DNA of 64,000 nucleotides from an uncultured Dehalococcoidales bacterium (GCA_964399425.1 CAYNQR010000002.1:26558-90557); one strand, 5' to 3'. Positions 32,939 through 42,424 are shown, numbered from the stretch's first letter. The notes: a model not told the origin generated them from the letters alone. Numbers and translations are program-made.

Positions 32939-35830
32939 ATGGCGATAAAAAATAATCATAAAATAGCTGCCGGAGTAATTGCCGCTCTTGTAATGTTACT
33001 TTCGGTTGGCGCTTCGGTATCTGCCGATAGCCAGGCGTCCTGGTCTGTTATGGACAGCGGTACTACGTCCGACCTCTACGGCATCTGGGGTAGCGGCAGC
33101 GATAATATCTTTGCGGCGGGCAAATCCGGCACCATCTTGCGCTACGACGGTTCGTCCTGGTCTCCTATGTCCGGCGGCACTACAGCCGACCTTTACAGCA
33201 TCTGGGGTAGCGGCAGCGATAATATCTTTGCGGCAGGTCAGTCGGGTACTATTTTGCGCTACGACGGCACGTCCTGGTTTCCTATGTCCGGCGGCACTAC
33301 GGCTAATCTTTACGGTATCTGGGGTAGCGGCAGCGATAATATCTTTGCAGCAGGACAGTCGGGCATCATCTTGCATTATGATGGCACGTCCTGGTCTGTT
33401 ATGGACAGCGGCACTACGTCAGACCTTTATAGCATCTGGGGTAGCGGCAGCGGTAATATCTTTGCGGTGGGCAAATCGGGCGCCATCTTACGCTACGACG
33501 GTTCGTCCTGGTCTGCTATGTCCAGCGGCACTACGTCCGACCTTTACGGCATCCGCGGCAGCGGCAGCACTAATATCTTTGCGGTGGGCAAATCGGGCAT
33601 CATCTTGCGCTACGACGGTTCGTCCTGGTCTGCTATGTCCAGCGGCACTACAGCCGATCTTTACAGCATCTGGGGAGCCGATAGCACCCATATCTTTGCG
33701 GCAGGCCAGTCGGGTGTTATATTGAATTATGACGGATTCAATTTTAATGCGATGGACAGAAATACCGCCAGCGACCTGCGCTCAGTCTGGGGGGCTTCTT
33801 ATTCCGATGTTTTTACTGCCGGGGCTTCAGGGACTATACTCAGGTATTCCCCTCCGCTGATATATAACGTATTACCGAATGAAGGTTTCCAGGGAGTTAC
33901 TTTAAACGTCGCCGTTACCGGTATTAATCTAAACGGAGCAAGCGCAGTGCAGTTCGGCGCGGGTATATCCGTTAACAGCTTCACGGTAGCCGGTTCAAAC
34001 CGCATAGATGCCAACATCACTATTACTCCCGGAGCTGCAACAGGTGTCAGGAACGTTTCGGTTACCACCCCGGGCGGCAGCTATACATTGTCAAACGGCT
34101 TTACGGTAAAACAGGCTTTGCCGGTGATTACCTCTGTCGAACCGAACCAGGGGAGGCAGGGAGAAACGCTGAATATTACCATTACCGGCAATAATTTTAG
34201 CGGGGTAAACGCAATACAATTCGGCGCCGGCTTATCGGTTAACAGCTTTACGGTAGCCAGTTCTACCCGGATAGACGTCAACATTACCATAGCGCCTGAT
34301 GCCGCAACAGGCAGCAGGAATATAACTCTTGCTGCGCCGGGCGGCAGCTATACATTGTCAAACGGCTTTACGGTGAAGCAGTCCCTGCCTGTGATTACAT
34401 CGGTCGAGCCGAATCAAGGGAGGCAGGGAGAAACTCTAAACGTAATTATTACCGGCGCCGATTTTACCGATGCAAGCGCAGTGCAGTTCGGCGCCGGCGT
34501 ATCCGTTAACAGCTTTAACGTGGTCGGCACTAATCGAATTGATGCCGAAATCAACATAGCGGCTGATGCCGCGACAGGGGATAGAGATGTGTCGGTTGTC
34601 ACGCCGGGCGGCAGCTATACATTGTCACACGGCTTTACGGTGAAACAGGCACTGCCGGTGATTACATCTGTCGAACCGAACCAGGGTAGGCAGGGGGAAA
34701 GCCTGAACATAACAATTACCGGCGCCAATTTTAACGGAGCAAGCGCAGTCCTGTTCGGCGCTGGTATATCAGTTAACAGTTATAACGTGCTTAGCTCCAA
34801 CCAGGTAGCCGTCAATATCACTATCGTCTCCGATGCTGCGACAGGAGTCAGAGACGTTACGGTTACCACGCCGGGTGGCAGCTATACATTGGCGAACGGC
34901 TTTACGGTAAAACAGGCTCTGCCGGTGATTACCTCTATAAGTCCCGCTAGCGGCAATCGCGGGGCGACGCTCTCGGTCACCATAAACGGCAACCATCTAT
35001 CCGGAACAACCTCGGTAGTCTTCGGTGATGGAATCGAAGTCACCGGTTTTACCGATATCAGCCAGACGCAATTGTATGTAAATGTGATTATCAATTCGAA
35101 TGCCGTAACGGGCTCGAGAGATGTCTCGATTACCACTCCCGGAGGCGGGTTTACGCTGTCCGGCGGCTTCATTGTAAAACAGGAACTTCCGCTGATTACC
35201 TTGCTCAGTACCACTAACGGCAATCAGGGAGCAACGATGAATATAAATATCGGCGGGGAGAATTTTACCGGTACGAGTGAAGTGAATTTCGGCTCCGGAA
35301 TATCCATTAACAGCTTCACCGTGCTCAACTCTAACCAGATTGCTGTCAATATTACTATCGTGTTCGATGCTGCGGTAGGCACCAGGGATGTATCTGTTAT
35401 CACCCCGGGAGGCATTTTTATTTTGCCCGGCGGTTTTACTGTAAAACAGGCGTTGCCGGTGATTACATCGGTCAATCCCGACAGGGGAAATCCCGGATCG
35501 GCACTGGTCGTTATCATAAACGGCAATAATCTGTCAGGAACAACTTCGGTAGGCTTCGGGAACGGGATCGAAGTAACCGCTTTTACCGGCATCAGCACGA
35601 CACAGTTGCGTGTAAACATAATTATAAGTGCCGATGCCGTCATCGGTTCGAGAGATATCACAATTACGACACCGGGTGGAAGCACAATATTCGGGCAAGG
35701 GTTTAATATCGAAGTAAAATCTAAAAATACTTTAGCCTTAATATTTATCTGGACGGGAATAGCTGTCGTTTTTATCATATTAACGGTTATCCTGAATATG
35801 CTAAGGCGAAGAAGAGCGGCCAGGCTATGA
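32939..35830 (+). CDS. large anchored surface protein: 7-bladed beta-propeller plus 7 Ig-like (IPT/TIG- or Big-like) modules plus C-terminal TM
   Basis: The signal peptide begins at MAIKNNHK. Seven 39-aa blades follow (SWSxMxSGTTxDLYxIWGSGSDNIFAAGxSGTILRYDG). Seven 89-aa modules follow (LPVITSVEPNQGRQGETLNITITG...TPGGSYTLSNGFTVKQA). A TM helix and RRRRAARL end the protein. Confidence 0.8.
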   Translation: MAIKNNHKIAAGVIAALVMLLSVGASVSADSQASWSVMDSGTTSDLYGIWGSGSDNIFAAGKSGTILRYDGSSWSPMSGGTTADLYSIWGSGSDNIFAAGQSGTILRYDGTSWFPMSGGTTANLYGIWGSGSDNIFAAGQSGIILHYDGTSWSVMDSGTTSDLYSIWGSGSGNIFAVGKSGAILRYDGSSWSAMSSGTTSDLYGIRGSGSTNIFAVGKSGIILRYDGSSWSAMSSGTTADLYSIWGADSTHIFAAGQSGVILNYDGFNFNAMDRNTASDLRSVWGASYSDVFTAGASGTILRYSPPLIYNVLPNEGFQGVTLNVAVTGINLNGASAVQFGAGISVNSFTVAGSNRIDANITITPGAATGVRNVSVTTPGGSYTLSNGFTVKQALPVITSVEPNQGRQGETLNITITGNNFSGVNAIQFGAGLSVNSFTVASSTRIDVNITIAPDAATGSRNITLAAPGGSYTLSNGFTVKQSLPVITSVEPNQGRQGETLNVIITGADFTDASAVQFGAGVSVNSFNVVGTNRIDAEINIAADAATGDRDVSVVTPGGSYTLSHGFTVKQALPVITSVEPNQGRQGESLNITITGANFNGASAVLFGAGISVNSYNVLSSNQVAVNITIVSDAATGVRDVTVTTPGGSYTLANGFTVKQALPVITSISPASGNRGATLSVTINGNHLSGTTSVVFGDGIEVTGFTDISQTQLYVNVIINSNAVTGSRDVSITTPGGGFTLSGGFIVKQELPLITLLSTTNGNQGATMNINIGGENFTGTSEVNFGSGISINSFTVLNSNQIAVNITIVFDAAVGTRDVSVITPGGIFILPGGFTVKQALPVITSVNPDRGNPGSALVVIINGNNLSGTTSVGFGNGIEVTAFTGISTTQLRVNIIISADAVIGSRDITITTPGGSTIFGQGFNIEVKSKNTLALIFIWTGIAVVFIILTVILNMLRRRRAARL
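33038..33850 (+). repeat. in-frame tandem repeat, 117-bp period x7 (propeller blades)
   Basis: ATCTGGGG(T/A)... landmarks recur at 33090, 33207, 33324, 33441, about 33558 and 33675. The first six copies are highly similar at DNA level. Confidence 0.9.
33851..35720 (+). repeat. in-frame tandem repeat, 267-bp period x7 (Ig-like modules)
   Basis: CC(G/T)(G/C)TGATTA landmarks occur at 33854, 34121, 34388, 34655, 34922, 35189 and 35456. Confidence 0.9.
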
Positions 35831-35998
35831 AAATAAGGGGCAACCGGTAGCTGCTTTATTAAAAAACAGGTAGGAAAGTCATCAGGTCATTGCCGGCTTT
35901 ACAAATAATCAAGATATTATGGGAGATTAGAAAAGGAATCTTGCAGAAAGCTTGAATAAATATCGGTAAAATACAATAGCTTGCCTTAAGACAACTTT

Positions 35999-36889
35999 AT
36001 GGAAGAGATTAGAAGAAATCAGCCCTGCCCGTGCGGCAGCGGCAAGAAATACAAGTATTGTTGCAGCTCATCCGCTATCAATCTGCTGGGCGATGAAATC
36101 GCGCTTTTTCAGCGAAATCGCGATGCTGCATATAGCGGGGAGCTCGGTATCAAAAGAGAAGAATTCTGCCATAAGTACATGCTGAAGAAGTCGGAAATTT
36201 TTAATGAACTGTCCAGAAGGCAGAACGAAGTCGTCACCTCTGAATGCGGTGTTATAAGCTGTGGAAAAGGATGTACTCACTGCTGCATACTGATGGTGGG
36301 CGCGACCGTACAGGAAGTTGAATTGATAGTCCGCTATCTTTATCAGAACGAGGAACTGTTCAATTACTTCATCGATATATATCCGGAATGGATATCGAAA
36401 CTTAGAGAAGTGGATTGTTTACTGGAAAATAAATCGAAAACCGGGGCATACAGGAGCACCGTGTCGCCTACAGAAAAATCCCGTAATAATTGCCACTATT
36501 TATTGAGCGCATCGCTTGATATGAAGTGGAAGCAAAGTATCGACAATCGGTTTACAATTATAGATAAAGGACTGTATTGCCCGTTTTTACGCGATGGCGG
36601 ATGTTCCATCTATAATGTGCGCCCTTACTACTGCGCCGGTTATTTTGCGCTTACACCGCAGGACTGGTGTAATCCATTGAATCTGCTAGAGTATCAAAAA
36701 AAGAAAGCCTATCAAACTTTCGATATAAAATTGGCTGACGACCTGTCATATTATACCGGAAATCTGGAAAAGCCGGTCTGGTCGTTTATGCCTGTGATGG
36801 TATATGAAACACTGAAATACGGAAGCGAAGCTTTGCAATGGATGAAAATAATAGATGGCAGTGCGATGAAAAGCTATACTAAAAAATAA
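35999..36889 (+). CDS. SEC-C motif plus YkgJ-type (CxxCxxCC) zinc/iron-chelating domain protein
   Basis: The N-terminal NQPCPCGSGKKYKYCC is a SEC-C motif. CGKGCTHCC and the later CPFL...GGCSIY...RPYYC resemble the UPF0153/YkgJ family. Confidence 0.6.
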   Translation: MEEIRRNQPCPCGSGKKYKYCCSSSAINLLGDEIALFQRNRDAAYSGELGIKREEFCHKYMLKKSEIFNELSRRQNEVVTSECGVISCGKGCTHCCILMVGATVQEVELIVRYLYQNEELFNYFIDIYPEWISKLREVDCLLENKSKTGAYRSTVSPTEKSRNNCHYLLSASLDMKWKQSIDNRFTIIDKGLYCPFLRDGGCSIYNVRPYYCAGYFALTPQDWCNPLNLLEYQKKKAYQTFDIKLADDLSYYTGNLEKPVWSFMPVMVYETLKYGSEALQWMKIIDGSAMKSYTKK

Positions 36890-37120
36890 TCCCGCCACAT
36901 TTATAAAAATCATGAGTTGACTATTGGAAGCGTCATTGATGGCGGCACTTGCAGTTTTTTATTATTTATGCGGCGCTATAAATGCAATTGCCGGATAAAG
37001 ATTCAAATGAATTCGAGCAATCGAGCCGGAATATGCCGCTTGGGAAAAGATTGATGTTCCGATTGCAGCAACGGAGTAACTCTTCAGGATAAATTTCGAA
37101 AAACACACCGGAGACATTAA

Positions 37121-37197
37121 TGGCGACCCCGGGGGGATTTGAACCCCCGATCTCCACCGTGACAGGGTGGCATGTTAGACCGCTACACCACGGGGCC
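37121..37197 (-). tRNA. tRNA-Asp (GTC)
   Basis: The reverse complement is GGCCCCGTGGTGTAGCGGTCTAACATGCCACCCTGTCACGGTGGAGATCGGGGGTTCAAATCCCCCCGGGGTCGCCA. It folds as a cloverleaf, the anticodon loop CTGTCAC gives GTC, and CCA is encoded. Confidence 0.95.
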
Positions 37198-37394
37198 TTA
37201 TTGGGAAAAATTTCAGATGCCTATAAAGTCTATCAAGGATGTATAATTGTGTCAAATCGGGGGCAGGTTGATTCCTGTCTGGAAAATAAAAATTATTTGA
37301 AATCAGGTAAAAATTGAATAGCAAATTCGGCGCGTTGTTTACAATTCTTTATGTATGTTATAATGAACAATAAAATTTTCGAGGGGTTAAGTTA

Positions 37395-37751
37395 GTGCCG
37401 AGAGCAACGATAACAAAAGGAAAAAGAAAAGAAGCTGTAAACGTAGTCGGAGATGTTGAGCAGAAGCGAGATTATGAATTGGTGCTGGTGCTCAATCCCG
37501 GTTCCGCAGAAGACAAAATAGAAACTAAAATCGATGCGTTAAACCAGAACATAGTAGCTTTGGGTGGAGAGATATCCGGGGTAGAGCAGTGGGGAAGAAG
37601 GAAGCTGGCGTATCCGATAAAAAAATTCATGGAGGGTTATTATGTATTAACCCGCTGTACCATGAAGCCGTCCCAGACAAACAGCCTTGAAGCAAAGCTT
37701 CGCATATCCGAAGATGTTATACGACATATGCTGATAAAATTAAGTGACTGA
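37395..37751 (+). CDS. rpsF: 30S ribosomal protein S6
   Basis: The S6 core is RDYELVLVLNP...WGRRKLAYPI. The GTG start gives a ~24-aa N-terminal extension. Confidence 0.88.
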   Translation: MPRATITKGKRKEAVNVVGDVEQKRDYELVLVLNPGSAEDKIETKIDALNQNIVALGGEISGVEQWGRRKLAYPIKKFMEGYYVLTRCTMKPSQTNSLEAKLRISEDVIRHMLIKLSD

Positions 37752-37794
37752 TTACATATATATGCGTTAGACGACAAAAAGGAGAACGGGTAGG

Positions 37795-38202
37795 ATGGCG
37801 AATCTAAATAAGGTAATGATTATCGGCAATGTAGGTAGCGACCCGGAAATGCGTTTTACTCCTAATGGTAATCCCGTAACATCTTTTCGAGTTGCCACCA
37901 ACCGGGTTTACACGACTCCGGAAGGGGAGCGCAAGCAGGAAACAGACTGGTTCACAATAGTAACCTGGAATAAACTGGCTGAGCAATGCAACCAGTTTCT
38001 TTCCAAGGGCAGGCTTGTGTATGTCGAAGGAAGGTTGCATAATCGCAGTTGGGAAGGGCAGGACGGTCAAAAGCGTTTCAGGACGGAAATCATTGCCAAC
38101 AGGGTGACATTCCTGGACAGGCAGTCGTCTTCACCGCTGGGTGATGAGAAAGTCGAAGAACCTGAAACCGTCGAAATCGAGCCTGATGACATCCCGTTTT
38201 AA
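37795..38202 (+). CDS. ssb: single-stranded DNA-binding protein
   Basis: An OB fold (NKVMIIGNVGSDPEMRFTPNG) and an acidic tail ending in DDIPF are present. Confidence 0.95.
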   Translation: MANLNKVMIIGNVGSDPEMRFTPNGNPVTSFRVATNRVYTTPEGERKQETDWFTIVTWNKLAEQCNQFLSKGRLVYVEGRLHNRSWEGQDGQKRFRTEIIANRVTFLDRQSSSPLGDEKVEEPETVEIEPDDIPF

Positions 38203-38251
38203 CAGTGTAATAGATTTGAAAAAATATTATAGGGTAGAGGATAGATAACTA

Positions 38252-38656
38252 GTGGCTAAACGAATTGTTTCCAACACAAAAGGAAAAACTGGTTCATGGA
38301 GAAGCGGCGGCAAGTTTGCTCCACGGCGCAGGGTTTGCGCATTCTGCACGGGCAAGATAAAAGAAATCGATTATAAAGACAATACTATGCTGAGTAATTA
38401 TATTTCAGACCGCGGCAAGATAGACCCGCGTCGCAGAACCGGTACCTGTGCCAAACACCAGCGTTCACTGGCGGTTGCCATAAAGAGAGCGCGCCATATT
38501 GCATTGCTGCCGTTTGCACCCGAGCATATCAGCTTAATGGGCGACGTGGCTTCCGTAAGGATTGCCGCTGCCAGGGGTGAACAGGCAAAACCTGAGGTAA
38601 AAGAAGAAATAAAGTCTGAGACCAAACAGGAAGAGCCTGTTAATAAAGAACAGTAG
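38252..38656 (+). CDS. rpsR: 30S ribosomal protein S18 (extended)
   Basis: [50 protein letters not shown] is the S18 core. Extra N- and C-terminal tails are present. Confidence 0.88.
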   Translation: MAKRIVSNTKGKTGSWRSGGKFAPRRRVCAFCTGKIKEIDYKDNTMLSNYISDRGKIDPRRRTGTCAKHQRSLAVAIKRARHIALLPFAPEHISLMGDVASVRIAAARGEQAKPEVKEEIKSETKQEEPVNKEQ

Positions 38657-38800
38657 AAAGAACAGGGTAACTCAGGCGTTAAAGAGCGGGTTATTCCGGG
38701 AAATATATAAAAAATTAATTCTATCCCTTTTACGATACTGCCTTTCTCCGGAGGGTGTTGCTGTAACAGAGATAGATGAACATTTATTAAGGAGTTTACA

Positions 38801-38941
38801 GTGCCGAAGAGAACCTATCAACCGAAGAAGATCCCCAGGAAAAGAGAGCACGGCTTTTTGGCCAGGATGAGCACGCGCGGCGGCAGATTGGTGTTAAAGT
38901 CGAGGCGTCTTAAGGGACGCAAACGCTTAACCGTTGTGTAA
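38801..38941 (+). CDS. rpmH: 50S ribosomal protein L34
   Basis: It is not in the ORF track because it is only 46 aa. It has a GTG start after AAGGAG, and the sequence [46 protein letters not shown] matches L34. Confidence 0.93.
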   Translation: MPKRTYQPKKIPRKREHGFLARMSTRGGRLVLKSRRLKGRKRLTVV

Positions 38942-39023
38942 AAACTGCTGCTGCGGCAGCATTCGTATATCTCCCTCCGTGTATGTCAAAACAGTGTTTG
39001 TAAATAAAAAGTCTTGACCGGAA

Positions 39024-39398
39024 TTGTTTCAGGTGATGAAGAAAAAAGAATGCATTACCAGTACCGCAGACTATACGTTGATTCACAAGAAGGGTAAACC
39101 GTGGGGGAGCAGGTTATTGGTGATGAAAACCCTGGTTAACGGTATGGAATACTCCAGATATGGTTTTGTGGTAAGCAAGCGTATCGGAAATGCAGTCGTC
39201 AGAAATCGAACGAAGCGCTTGTTGCGTGAAATAATAAGACAGATTGATATAAAGCCCGGGTATGATATAATCTTCATTACCCGCGCGGGTATATCCGATT
39301 TGGGGTTTCACGAATTAAAATGTACGGTTATGAGATTATTAGCTCAAGCCGCCTTGATAACGGAGAATGATGAAGATACTGTCCTTAGCGTTAATTAG
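39024..39398 (+). CDS. rnpA: ribonuclease P protein component
   Basis: [25 protein letters not shown] is the RNR motif. The exact start is uncertain (39024 or 39033/39036). Confidence 0.88.
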   Translation: MFQVMKKKECITSTADYTLIHKKGKPWGSRLLVMKTLVNGMEYSRYGFVVSKRIGNAVVRNRTKRLLREIIRQIDIKPGYDIIFITRAGISDLGFHELKCTVMRLLAQAALITENDEDTVLSVN

Positions 39399-39600
39399 GT
39401 TTTACCAGTTAACCATATCGAAAGTCTTGCCTTCCAACTGCCGCTATCTCCCCACATGTTCCCAGTATACCTATGAGGCTATCGTAAAATTCGGCATATT
39501 TCAGGGTATATGGTTGGGGATGAAAAGAATCGCCCGCTGCCATCCGTGGCACGAAGGCGGGTATGACCCTGTGCCTGAAATAAACGGAGGAGCGCAATAA
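39367..39600 (+). CDS. yidD: membrane protein insertion efficiency factor YidD
   Basis: [31 protein letters not shown]...[13 protein letters not shown] is the YidD signature. Confidence 0.93.
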   Translation: MMKILSLALIRFYQLTISKVLPSNCRYLPTCSQYTYEAIVKFGIFQGIWLGMKRIARCHPWHEGGYDPVPEINGGAQ

Positions 39601-39633
39601 TATATTTAAACGGGATTATTATTGAGAATCAAT

Positions 39634-40785
39634 ATGAAAAAAAATAAAAATATAATAATTAAGGCAATTATCCTTTTTGCAGTTATAATCACTGCGGTAT
39701 TTTCTGCCAGCTGCTCTTCCTCCGCATATACCAATTTCGGCTGGTCGGGTTCGGCGGTGGATGGCGGAACAATTTATGTCGCTTCCCAGGGGAAAATAGC
39801 GGCGCTACAGAAAAACAACGGTTCCGTAATCTGGCAGAGAGAAATCGAAAAGGATACAACTTCATCAAGTGCTCTAAGTTGCGGTGCCGGTTCTGCCGCT
39901 TCGGTAATATATGCCGACCCGGTTGTATATAACGGCGTAGTCTATGTGGCGACTTATTCCGGTAAAATATATGCCTACAATACCGCATCGGGGAATCTTT
40001 TGTGGAAGTACCCTGCCGAAGGGTATGTACAGGGGATAATCGGCGATCTTATTATCGATAACGGCGTAATGTATTTTGCGGCTGTCGGCGGAACGGTAAC
40101 CGCACTGGATATCGAGACGCAGGGGGTTATCTGGCAGTACAATACCAAAGATACGTTATGGGCGTCTCCCTGTCTGAGTGGAGACACTTTGTATATTGCA
40201 TCGTACGATAAGAGGCTTTTTGCACTTGATATAAATTCGGGTAATCTAAAATGGGAAGAGCCTTTCAAAACTAATGGCCCAATTGTGGCTTCACCTGTTT
40301 GTGAGAACGGAGTTGTTTATATCGGCTCGCTCGACCGCGGTATATACGCTATAAACTCGGAAAACGGCGAATTAATCTGGAAATTTTCTGCCGAAAGTAA
40401 TGTCGAATACACGCCCAAGAACTGGTTCTGGGCAACCCCGTTAATAGTGGACGGAGTGATTTATGCTGCCAATATGGACGGCTTTGTTTATATTATCGAT
40501 TCGACCAATGGCACATTGTTATCGGCGGTTGAGTTGGGCAATGGCATATCATCTACCCCGGTATTATTCGATGATAAGGTTATGGTATCCACTCAGGAAG
40601 GTGCTGTCTACTCCATTAATACCGGTAACTATACCAAACTCTTACTTAAATCCCTTGATTTAACGGTTCAATCATCGCTTTATGTCGATGAAGGAATTAT
40701 TTATGTTCACACTATTAAAACAGAAAACCTGTATGCAATAAACGGAAACTCCGGAGTGGTGGTCTGGTACTATGAAGTCAGTTAA
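39634..40785 (+). CDS. PQQ-like beta-propeller repeat lipoprotein (BamB-like fold)
   Basis: The signal peptide ends in FSASC. Repeats of the form G.VYV/A...G.LYA.D..TG...W occur about eight times. Confidence 0.75.
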   Translation: MKKNKNIIIKAIILFAVIITAVFSASCSSSAYTNFGWSGSAVDGGTIYVASQGKIAALQKNNGSVIWQREIEKDTTSSSALSCGAGSAASVIYADPVVYNGVVYVATYSGKIYAYNTASGNLLWKYPAEGYVQGIIGDLIIDNGVMYFAAVGGTVTALDIETQGVIWQYNTKDTLWASPCLSGDTLYIASYDKRLFALDINSGNLKWEEPFKTNGPIVASPVCENGVVYIGSLDRGIYAINSENGELIWKFSAESNVEYTPKNWFWATPLIVDGVIYAANMDGFVYIIDSTNGTLLSAVELGNGISSTPVLFDDKVMVSTQEGAVYSINTGNYTKLLLKSLDLTVQSSLYVDEGIIYVHTIKTENLYAINGNSGVVVWYYEVS

Positions 40786-40808
40786 ACTGAAGAGTAAGGC
40801 GGTTTAAA

Positions 40809-41810
40809 TTGGATATTGGAGCGATTTGGGATGTAATTGCACTCGGCCCGATGATTAATATTCTCATCGGTTTATCGGATATATTATTCGGCAGCTTCGG
40901 TTTGACTATCATAGTGCTGACTATAATTATAAGGGCTGTGATGTTCCCGCTGACACGCAAGCAGATGAATGCCACCAAGGCGATGCAGGAATTGCAGCCG
41001 AAGCTTGCGGAACTGCAAAAGAAGCATGCCAAAGACAACCAAAAACTGGCGCAGGAGCAGATGAAGCTCTACAAGGAATCTGGGGTAAGCCCTGCCGGTT
41101 GTCTGTTGCCGATGCTGCTACAGATGCCGATATGGATTGCTTTGTATCAATCCATTATGCGTGTTCTGGCGGTGGCACCCGGTAATTTCCTGAATCTATC
41201 GGAATTCCTCTATTCATGGCCGATTGTCTTTAAGGCATTGCCGGTAGACAGCCAGTTTTTGTGGTTGAATCTGGGAACTCCTGATTTCCTGCTGGCGCTG
41301 CTTGTCGGCGCTTCGATGTGGGTTACCCAGAAGATGTCCTCATCGCCTGCCACAAACCCGCAACAGAAGTCTCAGGCGCAGATGATGACGGTCATGATGC
41401 CGCTGATGTTTATTTTCTTTTCGTTAACCTTCCCCAGCGGTTTGGCATTATACTGGGTGATTTCCAACATAATCACTATAGTTATACAGTATATGATTAC
41501 GAAAAGCTGGGGTTCTCTGGATGTTCCAAGGTATTTGGCTATAATCAAAGGTCTGATACCGGGCAGAAAGCCTGATAAGAAAGACAAGAAGCTCAAGGAG
41601 CGTATTGCCTCAGTAGAAAACGGTGGCAAAAAAGAAGTAAAGGCGCTGCAGTCGGATATTTCAAGTGATGATGTTCGAGTTACAGAGGAGGGAGCCGATG
41701 CAGGTGGTAGAGAAGAGCGCCATGACGGTGGAGGAGGCCATAAAACCAGCTTTGACAGAGCTAAACAGAAACCGAGAGGAGGTAGAAATAGACGTTCTAA
41801 GCGAAGGTAG
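40809..41810 (+). CDS. yidC: membrane protein insertase YidC (short form) with long basic C-terminal tail
   Basis: The YidC/Oxa1 core is MFPLTRKQMNATKAMQELQPKLAELQKKH...GCLLPMLLQMPIWIALY...PSGLALYWVISN. The tail ends in RGGRNRRSKRR. Confidence 0.9.
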   Translation: MDIGAIWDVIALGPMINILIGLSDILFGSFGLTIIVLTIIIRAVMFPLTRKQMNATKAMQELQPKLAELQKKHAKDNQKLAQEQMKLYKESGVSPAGCLLPMLLQMPIWIALYQSIMRVLAVAPGNFLNLSEFLYSWPIVFKALPVDSQFLWLNLGTPDFLLALLVGASMWVTQKMSSSPATNPQQKSQAQMMTVMMPLMFIFFSLTFPSGLALYWVISNIITIVIQYMITKSWGSLDVPRYLAIIKGLIPGRKPDKKDKKLKERIASVENGGKKEVKALQSDISSDDVRVTEEGADAGGREERHDGGGGHKTSFDRAKQKPRGGRNRRSKRR

Positions 41811-42363
41811 CCGCGGGGTTTTTGGAATCGGAACGGAAGATGCCCGGGTAAGAGTAAAGGCCGCTAATTCTGCTAGCGTAGACGAAGATACTATGGATAT
41901 TATTAAAGATACATTAGAAAATATACTGGGGAAAATGGGGATAGAGGCGTCTGTATCCTATCAGGAAGGGGAATCCTTTACCGGTGAAGATGCTGAAGAA
42001 GCTCCTTCGGTTTATAATATCGAAGGTGATGAACTGGGTATATTAATCGGAAGGCGCGGGCAAACATTATCCTGTTTACAATATATTGTTAAAATTATCG
42101 CCGCCAACCGTATCCAGGATTCATTGCCGTCGATAGTAATCGACGTTAACGGTTATAAGCAAAAACGTCAGCAGGTTTTAAAGGAACTGGCGGAGCGCGT
42201 TGCCGAGCAGGTGGATAACAGCGGCAAGTCTTTTACGCTGGAGCCGATGCCTGCCTACGAAAGGCGCATTATTCACCTTGCTTTGGCAGACCATTCGGGA
42301 GTAAAAACCGAGAGTGTCGGCTACGGAGAAGACCGCAAGGTGATGATTATTCCCAAATATTAA
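41698..42363 (+). CDS. khpB: Jag/KhpB RNA-binding protein (Jag_N, KH, R3H)
   Basis: MQVVEKSAMTVEEAIKPALTELN is Jag_N and ERRIIHLALADHSGVKTESVGYGEDRKVMI is R3H. The ATG at 41698 follows GGAGGGAG. Confidence 0.88.
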   Translation: MQVVEKSAMTVEEAIKPALTELNRNREEVEIDVLSEGSRGVFGIGTEDARVRVKAANSASVDEDTMDIIKDTLENILGKMGIEASVSYQEGESFTGEDAEEAPSVYNIEGDELGILIGRRGQTLSCLQYIVKIIAANRIQDSLPSIVIDVNGYKQKRQQVLKELAERVAEQVDNSGKSFTLEPMPAYERRIIHLALADHSGVKTESVGYGEDRKVMIIPKY

Positions 42364-42424
42364 AGATTTAACAACGATTGAATCTTTAATCGATAATCTT
42401 GATAAAATAGAAATATAATGGTAG

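Noticed and set aside
33006-33725. The 239-aa alternative-frame ORF and several antisense ORFs inside the surface-protein repeats (for example 32996..33376, 35224..35778).
   Set aside because: They are periodic open frames created by the 117-bp and 267-bp repeats. The frame carrying the signal peptide, propeller, Ig modules and TM anchor is the coherent one.
33038-35720. Whether the regular tandem repeats could be a CRISPR array.
   Set aside because: The repeats are contiguous with no unique spacers. Their periods of 117 and 267 bp are multiples of 3 and in frame within one long CDS. No cas genes are present.
36966-37317. ORFs 36966..37157 (-) and 37120..37317 (+).
   Set aside because: They overlap the tRNA-Asp gene and its flanks, so they are spurious.
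37395-38656. The N-terminal extension on S6 and the N- and C-terminal extensions on S18.
   Set aside because: These could reflect start-codon choice (GTG at 37395) or lineage-typical tails. Nothing in the sequence indicates a separate function.
38657-39023. A replication origin or dnaA next to rpmH-rnpA-yidC.
   Set aside because: No dnaA gene is present; rpsF-ssb-rpsR lies upstream instead. I saw no cluster of TTATCCACA-like boxes.
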